Below, one piece after another: positions 39,815 through 52,340 of a stretch of DNA of 64,000 nt (its first letter is position 1; each line of letters begins with the position of its first letter). The notes below the pieces were generated by a model that did not search any database, was not told the DNA's origin, and saw only the letters and a list, made by a program, of their open reading frames with translations. Source of the DNA: Alphaproteobacteria bacterium (GTDB taxonomy: Bacteria; Pseudomonadota; Alphaproteobacteria; UBA9219; RFNS01); NCBI GenBank assembly GCA_037200005.1, contig JBBCGY010000001.1, positions 889,812 through 953,811 on the forward strand, in the 5' to 3' direction. The translations under genes were made by a program, and so were the position numbers.

Positions 39815-41155
39815 TTACTTTTTGGCGCGCAGCTTCGATTTCTTGATCAATCCTTCATATTGGTGGGCGAACAGATGCGCCTGCACCCTTCCTATCGTAT
39901 CGATCGTCACGCTGACCACGATCAGCAGCGACGTGCCCCCCATGTAGAACGGCACGGAATATTGCGACGACAAAAATTCCGGCAGCAGGCAAACGACCGT
40001 CAGATAGGCGGCGCCCAGAACCGTGATCCGCGTCAGTACGAAATCGAGATACTTGGCGGTATTGGCCCCGGGGCGAATCCCCGGTACCGAGCCGCCGTAT
40101 TTCCTGAGATTGTCGGCGGTTTCGTCGGGATTGAACACGATGGCCGTATAGAAGAAGGCAAAGAAAATGATCATCCCCGCATACAGGATCATGAACAGCG
40201 GCTTGCCGTGCCCCAGTTCGGCCACGACATCCGCGAGCCAGCCGGTATGCCCCACATCGGTGAAACTGGCCAAAGTCAGCGGGAACAGCAGCAGCGAGCT
40301 GGCAAAAATCGGCGGAATAACGCCGGCGGTATTGATCTTGAGCGGCATGTGCGAAGCTTCGCCGCCGAACATCTTGTTGCCGACCTGGCGCTTCGGATAC
40401 TGCACCAGAATGCGCCGTGTCGCTCTTTCGCAGGCGACGCACAGAGCCAGCACGGCCACCAGCAGCGCGATCAGCACCACCAGGAACCAGCCGGAAATCG
40501 CGCCGGTGCGGGCAAGCTCGAACGTATTGCTGAGAGAAACCGGCAGGTTGGCGACGATGCCGGTATAGATAATCAGCGATGTGCCGTTGCCGATGCCGCG
40601 CGCGCTGATCTGCTCGCCGAGCCACATCAGGAACACGGTGCCCCCCGTCAAGGTGACGACGGTCGTAAGCCTGAAAAAGAATCCGGGGTCGATCACCGCA
40701 CTACCTGCGGTGCCCGCCATATTTTCAAGCCCGACGGCTAGCGCATAGGACTGCACCAGCGCGAAACCGACCGTCATGTAGCGGGAATATTGAGTGAGCT
40801 TCAACCGGCCCTGCTCGCCTTCTTTCTTGAGCGCCTCAAGGCTGGGCACGATGGCGCTGAGAAGCTGGATGATGATCGAGGCCGTGATATAGGGCATGAC
40901 GTTGAGGGCGAAGACCGTCATGCGGAACAGCGCGCCGCCCGCCAGCATATCGAACATGCCGAGAATGCCGCCGGAATGCTGCGCAAAAATCTGCGAGAGA
41001 ACATTGGGATCGATACCCGGTATCGGCACATGGGTGCCGATCCGGTAGACGATCAGCGCACCCAGCGTGAACCAGATGCGCGTCTTGAGCTCGCTGGCCT
41101 TGCCGAACGCAGACCAGTCCATATTCGCGGCGAGATTTTCAGCAGTGGAGGCCAT
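39815..41155 (-). CDS. secY: Preprotein translocase subunit SecY
   Basis: 10-TM SecY family, 446 aa. Position after rplO. Confidence 0.95.
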   Translation of the reverse strand: MASTAENLAANMDWSAFGKASELKTRIWFTLGALIVYRIGTHVPIPGIDPNVLSQIFAQHSGGILGMFDMLAGGALFRMTVFALNVMPYITASIIIQLLSAIVPSLEALKKEGEQGRLKLTQYSRYMTVGFALVQSYALAVGLENMAGTAGSAVIDPGFFFRLTTVVTLTGGTVFLMWLGEQISARGIGNGTSLIIYTGIVANLPVSLSNTFELARTGAISGWFLVVLIALLVAVLALCVACERATRRILVQYPKRQVGNKMFGGEASHMPLKINTAGVIPPIFASSLLLFPLTLASFTDVGHTGWLADVVAELGHGKPLFMILYAGMIIFFAFFYTAIVFNPDETADNLRKYGGSVPGIRPGANTAKYLDFVLTRITVLGAAYLTVVCLLPEFLSSQYSVPFYMGGTSLLIVVSVTIDTIGRVQAHLFAHQYEGLIKKSKLRAKK

Positions 41156-41303
41156 TATCGGGATTCCGGAAACAAGAGGGGCAAATCAAATCGTTAAGGA
41201 TTTATGCCCTGTTCATCAAGCTCGCGCAAGCAAGAAGCCTGCTTCGCACTGCATCATCGCAATTGAGCGGCACCGGCCATCCCAAAAGAAAATTCCAGCC
41301 GTA

Positions 41304-41786
41304 TTAAGCTGCGGCTTCTTCCGCCGCCGGCGTGGTGACGGTGACTTTGCCGCCGGCCTTTTCGATGGCCTCGATGGCGGTCTTGGAAGCGCCGGCCACG
41401 GTGAGATTCACCTTGGCCTTGATCGCGCCCTTGCCGAGCAAGCGAACGCCGTCGCGGGCCTGCTTGACCAAGCCGAGCTTGATCAGCATGTCGCCGGTGA
41501 TTTCCTTGGCGGCGTCGAGCTGGCCCGCCTCGATGGCTTTCTGCAGGCGGTCGAGATTGATGACCGAGCAGTCGCGCGCGAAGATATTATTGAAGCCGCG
41601 CTTCGGGATACGGCGATGCAATGGCATCTGGCCGCCTTCGAAGGATTTCAGCGCCACGCCGGTGCGAGCCTTCTGGCCCTTGACGCCACGGCCGCAGGTC
41701 TTGCCCTTGCCGGAGCCGATGCCGCGCCCGACGGTCATCTTGCGCTTGCGCGCGCCCGGATTGTCGCGGAGTTCATTGAGTTTCAT
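41304..41786 (-). CDS. rplO: 50S ribosomal protein L15
   Basis: [15 protein letters not shown] motif. Confidence 0.95.
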   Translation of the reverse strand: MKLNELRDNPGARKRKMTVGRGIGSGKGKTCGRGVKGQKARTGVALKSFEGGQMPLHRRIPKRGFNNIFARDCSVINLDRLQKAIEAGQLDAAKEITGDMLIKLGLVKQARDGVRLLGKGAIKAKVNLTVAGASKTAIEAIEKAGGKVTVTTPAAEEAAA

Positions 41787-41833
41787 AGCCTGTATTCCTC
41801 ATTCATAAAAACAACGGAATGCGCTGTTATATA

Positions 41834-42031
41834 TTATTTCTTTTCAGTCACTTCAACCAAATGCTGAACCTTGCGGATCATACCGCGCGTTTCCGGCGTG
41901 TCCGCCAGCTCGCGCGAGGAGTGGCGCCCGCGCAGGCCGAGCCCGATCAGCGTTTCGCGCATGCCGGGCTTCTTGCGGAATCCCGAGCCTTTTTGCGTGA
42001 CGGTCAGAGTCTTCGTTGTCGTTTTAGTCAT
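41834..42031 (-). CDS. rpmD: 50S ribosomal protein L30
   Basis: 65 aa. Position and sequence [12 protein letters not shown]. Confidence 0.9.
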   Translation of the reverse strand: MTKTTTKTLTVTQKGSGFRKKPGMRETLIGLGLRGRHSSRELADTPETRGMIRKVQHLVEVTEKK

Positions 42032-42049
42032 GATTTCACCAGTTTCCTA

Positions 42050-42670
42050 TCAGGCATCCGTCGCGGCATCGCCCGCTTTGTCGGCTTTCTTGCCCAAAAT
42101 CTCGTTGACCTTCTTGCCGCGGCGGCTTGCGACCGAACGCGGGCTGGACAATGACGTCAGCGCCGCAAAGGTCGCCTTGACCATGTTATGCGGATTGGAT
42201 GTGCCGACCGACTTCGCCACCACGTCCTGAACGCCCAGAGCCTCGAATACGGCGCGCATCGGACCGCCGGCGATGATGCCGGTGCCGGGAGGCGCGGCGC
42301 GCACGACGACTTCGCCCGCGCCGAAGATGCCGCGGCTGTCATGATGCAGCGTCCGTCCTTCGCGCAGCGGAATGCGAACCAGATTGCGCTTGGCGGCTTC
42401 GGTCGCCTTGCGGATCGCTTCCGGAACTTCGCGCGCCTTGCCGGAGCCGTAGCCGACGCGGCCTTTGCCGTCGCCCATGACGAGCAGAGCGGCGAAGCCG
42501 AACCGCTTGCCTCCCTTGACCACCTTGGCGACACGATTAATGGCGACGAGCTTGTCGATAAACTCGCCACGATCGGAATCGCCGCCACCTTGGCCCTCGT
42601 CGCGCCGCTTCTTGCCGCGACGGCGTCCGCCTTCTTCCGATTCCGGGGTCTTCTCGTCTGCTTTCGCCAT
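42050..42670 (-). CDS. rpsE: 30S ribosomal protein S5
   Basis: Conserved S5 sequence [16 protein letters not shown]. Confidence 0.95.
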   Translation of the reverse strand: MAKADEKTPESEEGGRRRGKKRRDEGQGGGDSDRGEFIDKLVAINRVAKVVKGGKRFGFAALLVMGDGKGRVGYGSGKAREVPEAIRKATEAAKRNLVRIPLREGRTLHHDSRGIFGAGEVVVRAAPPGTGIIAGGPMRAVFEALGVQDVVAKSVGTSNPHNMVKATFAALTSLSSPRSVASRRGKKVNEILGKKADKAGDAATDA

Positions 42671-42688
42671 TATTTCTTTGTCCTTATG

Positions 42689-43048
42689 TTAAAACGACAA
42701 GCCTGCTTCGCGGGCGGCATCCGCGAGCGCCTTGATGCGCCCGTGGAACTGGTCGCCGCCGCGATCGAAGGCAACCTCTTTGACATTCTGTTTCAGCGCG
42801 CGCTCGGCGATTAGCTTGCCGATTACTGCCGCCGCATCCTTATTGGCGCCGGTCTTGCCTTCTTTACGCAAATCTTTTTCCAGCGACGACGCGGCCGCCA
42901 AGGTGCGGCCCGCCCTGTCGTCGATGACCTGGGCATAGATGTGCTTCTCGGAACGAAACACCGACAGCCTCGGCCGGTCGGAGATCTGCCGCAGCTTGTG
43001 ACGCACCCGCTTGGCTCTGCGTTCCTTTAATTGTTTTACTTTTTCCAT
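42689..43048 (-). CDS. rplR: 50S ribosomal protein L18
   Basis: [23 protein letters not shown]. Confidence 0.95.
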   Translation of the reverse strand: MEKVKQLKERRAKRVRHKLRQISDRPRLSVFRSEKHIYAQVIDDRAGRTLAAASSLEKDLRKEGKTGANKDAAAVIGKLIAERALKQNVKEVAFDRGGDQFHGRIKALADAAREAGLSF

Positions 43049-43059
43049 GACCCTATACC

Positions 43060-43593
43060 CTATTTCTTTTTGCCTTCTTTGCGGCGAACGCGCTCGCCCT
43101 CATACTTGATGCCCTTGCCCTTGTAAGGCTCCGGCTTTTTCAGCGCGCGAATTTCCGAGGCCACCTGCCCCACTTTCTGCTTGTCGAATCCGCTGACGGA
43201 AATAACGGTCGGCTTTTCCGCCTTGATCGCGATGCCTTCCGGGATCGCGTATTTGACTTCATGGCTGAAGCCGAGCTGCATCACCAAATCCTTGCCCTGG
43301 ACGGCGGCGCGGAAACCCACGCCTTCGATTTCCAGCACCTTGCGATAGCCCTCGGAAACGCCCTTGACCATATTCTGCAGATTGTTGCGCGCGGTGCCCC
43401 ACAGCGTCCGCGAACGCTGCGTCATCTGGCGCGGCGTGACGGCAATGGTTCCGCCTTCGACCTTGATCTCCAGTTCGCCCGGCACATCCAGGCTCAGGCT
43501 GCCCAGCTTGCCCTTGGCCGCAACCATCTGTCCCTTGACGTCAAGGGTTACCCCGGAGGGAACGACGACTGCATGTTTACCTATACGCGACAT
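43060..43593 (-). CDS. rplF: 50S ribosomal protein L6
   Basis: [25 protein letters not shown]. Confidence 0.95.
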   Translation of the reverse strand: MSRIGKHAVVVPSGVTLDVKGQMVAAKGKLGSLSLDVPGELEIKVEGGTIAVTPRQMTQRSRTLWGTARNNLQNMVKGVSEGYRKVLEIEGVGFRAAVQGKDLVMQLGFSHEVKYAIPEGIAIKAEKPTVISVSGFDKQKVGQVASEIRALKKPEPYKGKGIKYEGERVRRKEGKKK

Positions 43594-43605
43594 CTTTTAC
43601 TCCAA

Positions 43606-44004
43606 TTAGAATACCCGGCAAAGCACTTCGCCGCCGACATTGGCCGCGCGCGCTTCGTTATCCGACATCACGCCGCGCGGAGTCGAAAGAATCGAAATGC
43701 CGAGGCCGTTGTAAAACCGGGCGAGGTCCTTGATCTTCGCATAGACCCGGCGGCCCGGCTTGGACACGCGGTCGATGCGGCGGATCACGGCGTCGCCTTC
43801 ATGATACTTCAGCTCGATTTCCAGGATCGGCAGCCCATCGGCCTTTTGCGTCTCGCTGAAGCCGCGGATGAAGCCTTCCTTCTGCAAGACTTCAAGAACG
43901 TGCTTGCGGAAGTTCGACGACGGGCATTCGATAACGGCAAGCCTTGCAGCCTGGCCGTTGCGAATGCGCGTCAGCATATCGCCAAGGGGATCGGTCATTG
44001 CCAT
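43606..44004 (-). CDS. rpsH: 30S ribosomal protein S8
   Basis: MTDPLGDMLTRIRNGQ. Confidence 0.95.
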   Translation of the reverse strand: MAMTDPLGDMLTRIRNGQAARLAVIECPSSNFRKHVLEVLQKEGFIRGFSETQKADGLPILEIELKYHEGDAVIRRIDRVSKPGRRVYAKIKDLARFYNGLGISILSTPRGVMSDNEARAANVGGEVLCRVF

Positions 44005-44017
44005 ACGCTAAAACTCC

Positions 44018-44323
44018 TTACCAGCTCGATTTCACAATGCCCGGAATCTGCCCCGTCGAGGCCAGATCGCGCAGCTTGATACGGCACAATTTGAATTTGC
44101 GGTAAACGCCGCGCGGCCTGCCGGTCAGTTCGCAGCGGTTGCGAATCCGCACCGCCGACGAATTGCGCGGCATTTTCGCCAGACGCAAGACCGCGTCGAA
44201 ACGCTCTTCCATCGTCGCATCCTTGTCGCGGATAATCGCCTTGAACTTGGCGCGCGAAGCGGCTTTCTGCTTCGTCATCTTCGTCCGGCGCTTGTTCTTT
44301 TCGACCATGCTTGTCTTGGCCAT
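44018..44323 (-). CDS. rpsN: 30S ribosomal protein S14
   Basis: 101 aa S14 long form, C-terminal [11 protein letters not shown]. Confidence 0.95.
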   Translation of the reverse strand: MAKTSMVEKNKRRTKMTKQKAASRAKFKAIIRDKDATMEERFDAVLRLAKMPRNSSAVRIRNRCELTGRPRGVYRKFKLCRIKLRDLASTGQIPGIVKSSW

Positions 44324-44335
44324 CTTCGGTACTCC

Positions 44336-44878
44336 TTAAGAATTAAACGGTATCTGGAAGCCGCGCAGCAATTCCTTGGCTTCGGCATCGGTTTTCGCCG
44401 TGGTGCAGATCACGATATCCATGCCGCGAACTTCATCCATCTTGTCGTAGTCGATTTCGGGGAACACCAGCTGTTCCTTGAGGCCCATCGCATAATTGCC
44501 GTTGCCGTCAAAACTTTTGCCGGAAACGCCCCGGAAATCGCGGACGCGCGGCAGCGCGATATTGACCAGCCGGTCGAGGAACTCATACATCTTGTCGCGG
44601 CGCAACGTCACCTTGCAGCCGATGCCGAGTCCGCCGCGCAGCTTAAAGGTCGCGATGGCTTTTTTCGACTTGGTAATCACCGGCTTCTGGCCCGCGATCA
44701 GCGCCAATTGCTCGGCAGCGACCTTGCTCTTCTTGCTGTCGTTGACGGCTTCGCCCACGCCCATATTGATGACGATCTTGTCCAGCTTCGGAACCTCGAA
44801 ACGGTTCTTGTAGCCGAACTTAGCGATCATCGCCGAACGGACGGTCTCTTCGTAATGCTTCTGTAAACGCGCTGCCAT
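44336..44878 (-). CDS. rplE: 50S ribosomal protein L5
   Basis: [24 protein letters not shown]. Confidence 0.95.
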   Translation of the reverse strand: MAARLQKHYEETVRSAMIAKFGYKNRFEVPKLDKIVINMGVGEAVNDSKKSKVAAEQLALIAGQKPVITKSKKAIATFKLRGGLGIGCKVTLRRDKMYEFLDRLVNIALPRVRDFRGVSGKSFDGNGNYAMGLKEQLVFPEIDYDKMDEVRGMDIVICTTAKTDAEAKELLRGFQIPFNS

Positions 44879-44890
44879 AATCTTTATCCT

Positions 44891-45217
44891 TTAACGATCA
44901 ATCTGCTCGCCGGAACGCTTGGCGACACGCACCTTGCGTCCGTCGCTCAGCGTCTTGTATCCGACACGCACCGCCTTGTTATCCTTCGGATCGACATGCG
45001 CCACGTTGGACACATGGATCAAGGCTTCTTTCTTCTCGATCCCGCCGCCGGACTTCGCGTCCTGGCGCTTATGCTTGGTGACAAGATTCACGCCCTGCAC
45101 CAGCACGCGGTTTTCCTGGGGCAGAACGCGCAGGACCGTTCCGGTCTTGCCCTTGTCCTTGCCCGCGATCACGATGACGCGGTCATCCTTCTTGATTTTA
45201 AGCTTCGCGGCCATCAC
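44891..45217 (-). CDS. rplX: 50S ribosomal protein L24
   Basis: [20 protein letters not shown]. Confidence 0.95.
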   Translation of the reverse strand: MMAAKLKIKKDDRVIVIAGKDKGKTGTVLRVLPQENRVLVQGVNLVTKHKRQDAKSGGGIEKKEALIHVSNVAHVDPKDNKAVRVGYKTLSDGRKVRVAKRSGEQIDR

Positions 45218-45582
45218 AGCACCTCTTCCGCCAGCGAGATAATTTTCATAAAGCCCAGATTGCGCAATTCGCGCGTCACCGGCCCGAACACGCGGGTGCC
45301 GATGGGCTCCTTGTCCTTGTTCACCAGCACCGCGGCGTTGGTGTCGAAGCGGATCGAGGTTCCGTCGTCGCGGCGCACTTCCTTGCGGGTGCGCACGATG
45401 ACGGCCTTATGCACGTCGCCCTTCTTCACGCGGCCGCGCGGGATCGCGTCCTTGACAGACACGACGATGACATCGCCGACCGAAGCGAATTTGCGCTTTG
45501 AGCCGCCGAGCACCTTGATGCAGGCGACGAGTTTCGCCCCGCTGTTATCCGCGACCTGTAAGGTCGATTCCATTTGAATCAT
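45214..45582 (-). CDS. rplN: 50S ribosomal protein L14
   Basis: [17 protein letters not shown]. Confidence 0.95.
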   Translation of the reverse strand: MIQMESTLQVADNSGAKLVACIKVLGGSKRKFASVGDVIVVSVKDAIPRGRVKKGDVHKAVIVRTRKEVRRDDGTSIRFDTNAAVLVNKDKEPIGTRVFGPVTRELRNLGFMKIISLAEEVL

Positions 45583-45626
45583 AACTTCATTCCTTAACTA
45601 CAAATCTTTATTGATGCCGGGAGGTG

Positions 45627-45890
45627 TTATTTCTTCCCTGCGGTCTTTTTCTCCGCGACGCCCTCTTCCACCACCGTCCAGCGCTTGCGCTTGCTGATCG
45701 GGCGGCATTCGATGATCGAGACGGCGTCGCCGGTCTTGAACTTGTTCAATTCGTCATGCGCGGCGTACTTCTTCGACCGCGTGATGAACTTCTTATAGAT
45801 CGGATGCATGACGCGCCGGGACACCAGGACCGTAATGGTCTTGTCGCCCTTGTCGCTGGTCACTGTTCCCTGCAATACGCGCCTTGGCAT
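45627..45890 (-). CDS. rpsQ: 30S ribosomal protein S17
   Basis: [18 protein letters not shown]. Confidence 0.95.
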   Translation of the reverse strand: MPRRVLQGTVTSDKGDKTITVLVSRRVMHPIYKKFITRSKKYAAHDELNKFKTGDAVSIIECRPISKRKRWTVVEEGVAEKKTAGKK

Positions 45891-45902
45891 TATCTTTCCC
45901 CC

Positions 45903-46118
45903 TTAAGCGGCCGACTTAGCCTTGCGGCTACGCTCGGTCAGAATGGTTTCGATCTTGGCAATCTCGCGCCGCGCCTGACGCTGACGGTCGGTATGCGTGA
46001 GCTGGCCCGTGGCCTTCTGGAAACGCAGGTTAAAGCGCTCTTTCTTCAGTCCGATGCGCTGCTCTTCAAGCTCCTTGTCGGTCTTGAGGCGCAAGTCCTT
46101 CGATTTCACCGTAGCCAT
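45903..46118 (-). CDS. rpmC: 50S ribosomal protein L29
   Basis: True start at MATVKSKDLRLKTDKELEEQ. The longer listed ORF is an upstream extension. Confidence 0.9.
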   Translation of the reverse strand: MATVKSKDLRLKTDKELEEQRIGLKKERFNLRFQKATGQLTHTDRQRQARREIAKIETILTERSRKAKSAA

Positions 46119-46119
46119 G

Positions 46120-46539
46120 TTATGCCCCCTCGCCCGTGCGCTGGATGAATTTGGTCTTGAGCGGCAGCTTGGCCGCGGCCAAGGCAAACGCTTCTTTAGC
46201 AACTGCCGCCGTCACGCCGTCCAGTTCGAACATGATCCGCCCCGGATGAACGCGAGCGGCCCAGAATTCCACCGATCCCTTGCCCGAACCCATGCGGACT
46301 TCGGCGGGCTTCTTGGTGATCGAAAGGTCCGGGAAAATGGTGATCCATAGCCTTCCCTGGCGCTTGATGGCGCGGGTGATGGCGCGGCGGGCGGCTTCGA
46401 TCTGGCGCGCGCTCACGCGCTCCGGCTCCATGGCCTTCAGGCCGAAGGCGCCGAAATTCAGGCGCGTCCAGCCCTTGGAAGCGCCATGAATGCGGCCCTT
46501 GTGCATCTTGCGGTATTTTGGACGTTTCGGTTCCAACAT
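46120..46539 (-). CDS. rplP: 50S ribosomal protein L16
   Basis: [16 protein letters not shown]. Confidence 0.95.
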   Translation of the reverse strand: MLEPKRPKYRKMHKGRIHGASKGWTRLNFGAFGLKAMEPERVSARQIEAARRAITRAIKRQGRLWITIFPDLSITKKPAEVRMGSGKGSVEFWAARVHPGRIMFELDGVTAAVAKEAFALAAAKLPLKTKFIQRTGEGA

Positions 46540-46561
46540 CTTACATTACCTTCGTCATATC

Positions 46562-47242
46562 TTATGAATGCTGCGTTACTTGGTCGCCCGAACGGGCGTC
46601 GATCGCCATCGGATCGTGTTCCAGAATTTCACCCTTGAAAATCCAGACTTTGACGCCGCAGGTTCCCATCGTCGTGTGCGCCGTCGCCGAGCCGTAGTCG
46701 ATATCCGCGCGTAAGGTATGCAGCGGCACGCGGCCTTCGCGATACCATTCGACGCGGGCAATTTCAGCGCCGCCGAGCCGTCCGCTGCAATTGATACGGA
46801 TGCCGAGCGCGCCGAGCCGCATCGCGGACTGCACCGCGCGCTTCATCGCGCGGCGGAAAGCCACGCGGCGCTCAAGCTGGCTGGCGATATTTTCAGCCAC
46901 CAGCTTCGAGTCGATTTCCGGCTTGCGGATTTCGGTGATGTTAAGGCTGACTTCCGCGTTGGTCATCTCGCCGAGTTCGCTGCGCAGCTTTTCGATATCC
47001 GCGCCCTTCTTGCCGATGACCACGCCGGGACGCGCCGACTGAATCGTAATCCGCGCCTTCTTGGCCGTGCGTTCGATGATGATGCGCGAAACGCCCGCGG
47101 CCTTCAGCTTTTCTTCGAGCAAGGCGCGGATGTTAATGTCTTCGTGCAGCAGATTGCCATAGTCCTTGCCCGCGAACCACCGGCTGTCCCAGGTACGGAT
47201 AATGCCTAAACGAAAACCGATTGGATTGATTTTCTGACCCAT
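46562..47242 (-). CDS. rpsC: 30S ribosomal protein S3
   Basis: [16 protein letters not shown] domain. Confidence 0.95.
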   Translation of the reverse strand: MGQKINPIGFRLGIIRTWDSRWFAGKDYGNLLHEDINIRALLEEKLKAAGVSRIIIERTAKKARITIQSARPGVVIGKKGADIEKLRSELGEMTNAEVSLNITEIRKPEIDSKLVAENIASQLERRVAFRRAMKRAVQSAMRLGALGIRINCSGRLGGAEIARVEWYREGRVPLHTLRADIDYGSATAHTTMGTCGVKVWIFKGEILEHDPMAIDARSGDQVTQHS

Positions 47243-47245
47243 GGA

Positions 47246-47725
47246 CTATGCTCCTGCCTGCGCTTGCGCGGCTTGCTGTTTCTTCGGCTTCGGCTTCGCG
47301 GCCTCGGCGGACTTCTTCTTTCCGGCTCCCGCTTGGCGCTTCGGCTTATCAGCCTCGGTCGTTTCGCGCACGATGACGGTCAGGTTGCTGAACGGCTTTT
47401 CAATGCCGGCGCTCTTGCCGCGTCCGCGCGCATGCCAGCGCTTCATGACGAAAGAGCGGCCCACGCTGGCTTCGGCGACAATCAGCTTGTCGACATCCAG
47501 CGAATGATTGTTCTCGGCGTTGGCGACTGCGGCCTGCAGCACGCGCTTCACGTCATGCGCCACGCGGCGCTTGGTGAAGTCCAGCGCCACGACGGCCTCG
47601 GCGACTCTCTTGCCGCGAATGGTCGCCGCGACGACATTCAGCTTGCGCGCCGACGTGCGGATGGCGATGGCCACCGCCTTCGCGCTATCCGGTCCCAAAC
47701 GACGCTCTGTCTTTTGCTTGCCCAT
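47246..47725 (-). CDS. rplV: 50S ribosomal protein L22 with Lys/Ala-rich C-terminal tail
   Basis: L22 core plus tail [24 protein letters not shown]. Confidence 0.9.
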   Translation of the reverse strand: MGKQKTERRLGPDSAKAVAIAIRTSARKLNVVAATIRGKRVAEAVVALDFTKRRVAHDVKRVLQAAVANAENNHSLDVDKLIVAEASVGRSFVMKRWHARGRGKSAGIEKPFSNLTVIVRETTEADKPKRQAGAGKKKSAEAAKPKPKKQQAAQAQAGA

Positions 47726-47737
47726 AACCTGTTACTC

Positions 47738-48022
47738 CTAAGCGGCCTTCTCGGACTTCTTATCGCCGGGCGTATGCCCCTTGAAATTCCGCGTCGGCGC
47801 GAATTCGCCGAACTTGTGGCCGATCATGTTTTCCGTGACCGACACCGGAAGAAATTTGTGGCCGTTATAAACGCCGAAGGTCAGACCCACGAATTGCGGC
47901 AGGATCGTCGAGCGGCGCGACCATATCTTGATGATCTCGTTGCGGCCCGAAGCCCGCGCCTTCTCCGCCTTCGCCAGCAGATAACCGTCGATGAACGGTC
48001 CTTTCCAAATTGAACGTGCCAT
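47738..48022 (-). CDS. rpsS: 30S ribosomal protein S19
   Basis: [16 protein letters not shown]. Confidence 0.95.
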   Translation of the reverse strand: MARSIWKGPFIDGYLLAKAEKARASGRNEIIKIWSRRSTILPQFVGLTFGVYNGHKFLPVSVTENMIGHKFGEFAPTRNFKGHTPGDKKSEKAA

Positions 48023-48037
48023 AGTCTATTCCCTGCC

Positions 48038-48889
48038 TTACCTGTTGCTTCCCTGCGCGTCGCGGCGCTTGTTCGTGCGGCGGATGATCATGCCGTCGGT
48101 GCGCTTGTTGTTGCGCGTCTTGGTGCCCTTGGTGCCCTTGCCCCACGGCGTGACCGGATGGCGTCCGCCCGAAGTGCGGCCTTCGCCGCCGCCGTGCGGA
48201 TGGTCGATCGGGTTCATCGAGACGCCGCGCACGGTCGGGCGGATGCCCTTCCAGCGATTGCGTCCGGCTTTGCCGATCTGGATGTTGCCGTGATCGGCGT
48301 TCGATACCGCGCCGATGGTCGCCATGCATTCCTGCGACACCTTGCGGAGTTCGCCCGAGCTGAGCTTGATCTGCGCAAAGCCGGAGTCGCGCGCGACGAG
48401 CTGGACATAAGTTCCGGCGGAACGCGCGAGCTGGCCGCCCTTGCCGGGCTTCATTTCGACGTTATGGATGATCGTACCGACCGGAATGCTCTTAAGCAGC
48501 ATCGCGTTGCCGGGCTTGACGTCGACCTTGACGCCGCTTTCGACCACATCGCCCTTGGTGACGCGTTGCGGCGCGAGAATATAGGCCAGCGTGCCGTCCT
48601 GGTATTTGATCAGCGCGATGAAGGCCGTGCGGTTGGGATCGTATTCCAGCCGCTCGATGGTCGCGGGCATCCCATGCTTGGTGCGCTTGAAATCGATCAG
48701 GCGATAACGGCGCGCGTGACCGCCGCCCTGATGGCGCACGGTGATGCGTCCGGTATTGTTGCGTCCGCCCTTGCTGTGCAGGCCCTCGGTCAGCGCCTTG
48801 ACCGGCTTGCCCTTCCACAGCTCGCGGCGGTCGATTTGCACCAACTGCCGCATGCCGGGCGTGATCGGATTATATTTCTTGAGTGCCAT
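48038..48889 (-). CDS. rplB: 50S ribosomal protein L2
   Basis: [25 protein letters not shown]. Confidence 0.95.
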   Translation of the reverse strand: MALKKYNPITPGMRQLVQIDRRELWKGKPVKALTEGLHSKGGRNNTGRITVRHQGGGHARRYRLIDFKRTKHGMPATIERLEYDPNRTAFIALIKYQDGTLAYILAPQRVTKGDVVESGVKVDVKPGNAMLLKSIPVGTIIHNVEMKPGKGGQLARSAGTYVQLVARDSGFAQIKLSSGELRKVSQECMATIGAVSNADHGNIQIGKAGRNRWKGIRPTVRGVSMNPIDHPHGGGEGRTSGGRHPVTPWGKGTKGTKTRNNKRTDGMIIRRTNKRRDAQGSNR

Positions 48890-48892
48890 GTT

Positions 48893-49237
48893 CTAGATTC
48901 CCGTAGCCATGTCGATCGTTTGCCCCTCTTTGAGCGTCACGATCGCTTTCTTGTAGTCCGAACGCTGGCCGAGACGGCCCTTGAACCGCTTCAGCTTGCC
49001 CTTGACCCGCAGCGTGTTGACGCCCTTCACCTCGACCTTGAACAGGCCTTCGATGGCCGCCTTGATCTGCGGCTTGGTGGCGCCCAGCGCAACGCGGAAC
49101 GTCACCTGGCTATGCTCGGAACCGGCAGTCGCCTTTTCGGTGATGTGCGGCGCGAGGATGATGTCGTAATGCGCGGGTAAAATCTCCGCCACTTTCGCCT
49201 TCGCCTTAGTCTTGGTTTTCTTCTCAGCCATCATCAT
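48893..49237 (-). CDS. rplW: 50S ribosomal protein L23 (start uncertain, one of the clustered Met codons)
   Basis: [15 protein letters not shown]. An N-terminal Lys-rich extension precedes the core. Confidence 0.85.
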   Translation of the reverse strand: MMMAEKKTKTKAKAKVAEILPAHYDIILAPHITEKATAGSEHSQVTFRVALGATKPQIKAAIEGLFKVEVKGVNTLRVKGKLKRFKGRLGQRSDYKKAIVTLKEGQTIDMATGI

Positions 49238-49241
49238 TCCC

Positions 49242-49889
49242 CTATGCCGCCTCTTGGCCGGCATCTTGTCCGGTCAGGCGCGCCTGCAATTGCTCTACCG
49301 CATTCCTGGTCAGAACCAGAGTCTCATGCCGCAGAATGTCATATACGTTCGCGCCCTGCTCCGGCAGCAAATCGACGAAAGGCATGTTGCGGATCGCGAG
49401 CGCGAAATTCTTGTCTAGGTTCGCGCCGTCGATGATGAGCGCCGAACTCGCGCCGAGCGAACCAAGCCTGGCGATCATATCCTTGGTCTTGGGGCTGTCC
49501 GACTTCGCGGCGTCCAGCACGATCAATTTGCCCGCTTTTAGTTTTCCGGCCAGCGCCATGCACAGCGCCAGGCGGCGGAATTTCTTCGGCAGGTCATGAG
49601 CATGGCTGCGCACGACGGGGCCGAAAATCACCGCGCCTTTGCGGAACTGCGGCGAGCGCAGGCTGCCTTGACGGGCGCGGCCCGAACCCTTTTGCGCCCA
49701 TGGCTTGCGGGTCGTGCCGCTGATCTCGGAAATGCCCTTGGTCTTGTGCGTGCCGGCGCGCTTCTTCGCCTGCTGCCAATAGACCGCGCGCGCCAGAACG
49801 TCGCTCCGCTCCTCGACACCGAAGACGGCGTCGAGCAAGTCGACTTCGCCGACCTTCTTGTTATCCAAATTCACCACAGTGGCTTTCAT
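49242..49889 (-). CDS. rplD: 50S ribosomal protein L4
   Basis: 215 aa L4 family. Position. Confidence 0.95.
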   Translation of the reverse strand: MKATVVNLDNKKVGEVDLLDAVFGVEERSDVLARAVYWQQAKKRAGTHKTKGISEISGTTRKPWAQKGSGRARQGSLRSPQFRKGAVIFGPVVRSHAHDLPKKFRRLALCMALAGKLKAGKLIVLDAAKSDSPKTKDMIARLGSLGASSALIIDGANLDKNFALAIRNMPFVDLLPEQGANVYDILRHETLVLTRNAVEQLQARLTGQDAGQEAA

Positions 49890-49908
49890 TATCTTTCCCC
49901 AATTTCCC

Positions 49909-50619
49909 TTAAGCAGCCGTCTCGGCTTGCGCCGCTTGCTTCAAACCCGCCGGAAACGGCGCGTCCTTGTGCAAAGGCCGCTTGACCGCATCGCGCACTT
50001 CCAGATAACCGCCGTCGGATCCCGGAACGGCGCCTCTCACCATGATAAGTCCCCGCGCTTCATCGACCGCGACCACGGTCAGATTCTGCTGCGTCGCGCG
50101 GACATCGCCCATGTGTCCGGCCATCTTCTTGTTCTTGAACACGCGGCCAGGGTCCTGGCGTCCGCCGGTGGAACCATGGCTGCGATGCGAGACCGAAACG
50201 CCGTGCGTGGCGCGCAAGCCGCCGAAATTATGGCGCTTCATGACGCCGGCGAAGCCCTTGCCGATGGTGGTGCCGGAGACATCGACATATTGTCCCGGCA
50301 CGAAATGCGCCGCGGAGATTTCCGCGCCGAGTTCCAGAACGGCGTCCGGCGTGACGCGGAATTCGATCAGCCTCTTCTTCGGCTCGACCTTGGCCTTGGC
50401 GAAATGGCCGCGCAGCGGCTTGGTCACGCGGCTCAGCTTCGCCTTATCGACGCCAAGCTGCACGGCGACATAGCCGTCGCGCTCGAGCGTCTTGACCGCC
50501 ACCACCTGGCAGCCGTCGACCTGCAGCACGGTGACGGGGATATGCTCGCCCTTTTCGCTGAAAAGGCGCGTCATGCCGATCTTCCGGGCCAATAATCCTG
50601 TGCGCAACTTCGTCGTCAT
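49909..50619 (-). CDS. rplC: 50S ribosomal protein L3
   Basis: [20 protein letters not shown]. Confidence 0.95.
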   Translation of the reverse strand: MTTKLRTGLLARKIGMTRLFSEKGEHIPVTVLQVDGCQVVAVKTLERDGYVAVQLGVDKAKLSRVTKPLRGHFAKAKVEPKKRLIEFRVTPDAVLELGAEISAAHFVPGQYVDVSGTTIGKGFAGVMKRHNFGGLRATHGVSVSHRSHGSTGGRQDPGRVFKNKKMAGHMGDVRATQQNLTVVAVDEARGLIMVRGAVPGSDGGYLEVRDAVKRPLHKDAPFPAGLKQAAQAETAA

Positions 50620-50630
50620 GTTCGTATTCC

Positions 50631-50939
<309 letters not shown>

Positions 50940-51069
50940 TTTACTTTCTCTTTCCAGTTAGGACAGAAGCCCGATGATTGTCATGCCGGGACGCGCCTTC
51001 TTCAGACGCAACACCGGGATGGCAAATTTCCGACTTCTGCCCTCCGTTCTTTGTCTTCTGTACTCTATC

Positions 51070-52257
<1,188 letters not shown>

Positions 52258-52340
52258 TTTCTACTCCATCCTCTTCGTTAAGCTAACAAGTTAACTTTCC
52301 AACTTTACCGGCGACTAGCCGGCTGATTTTCCCGCCGGCA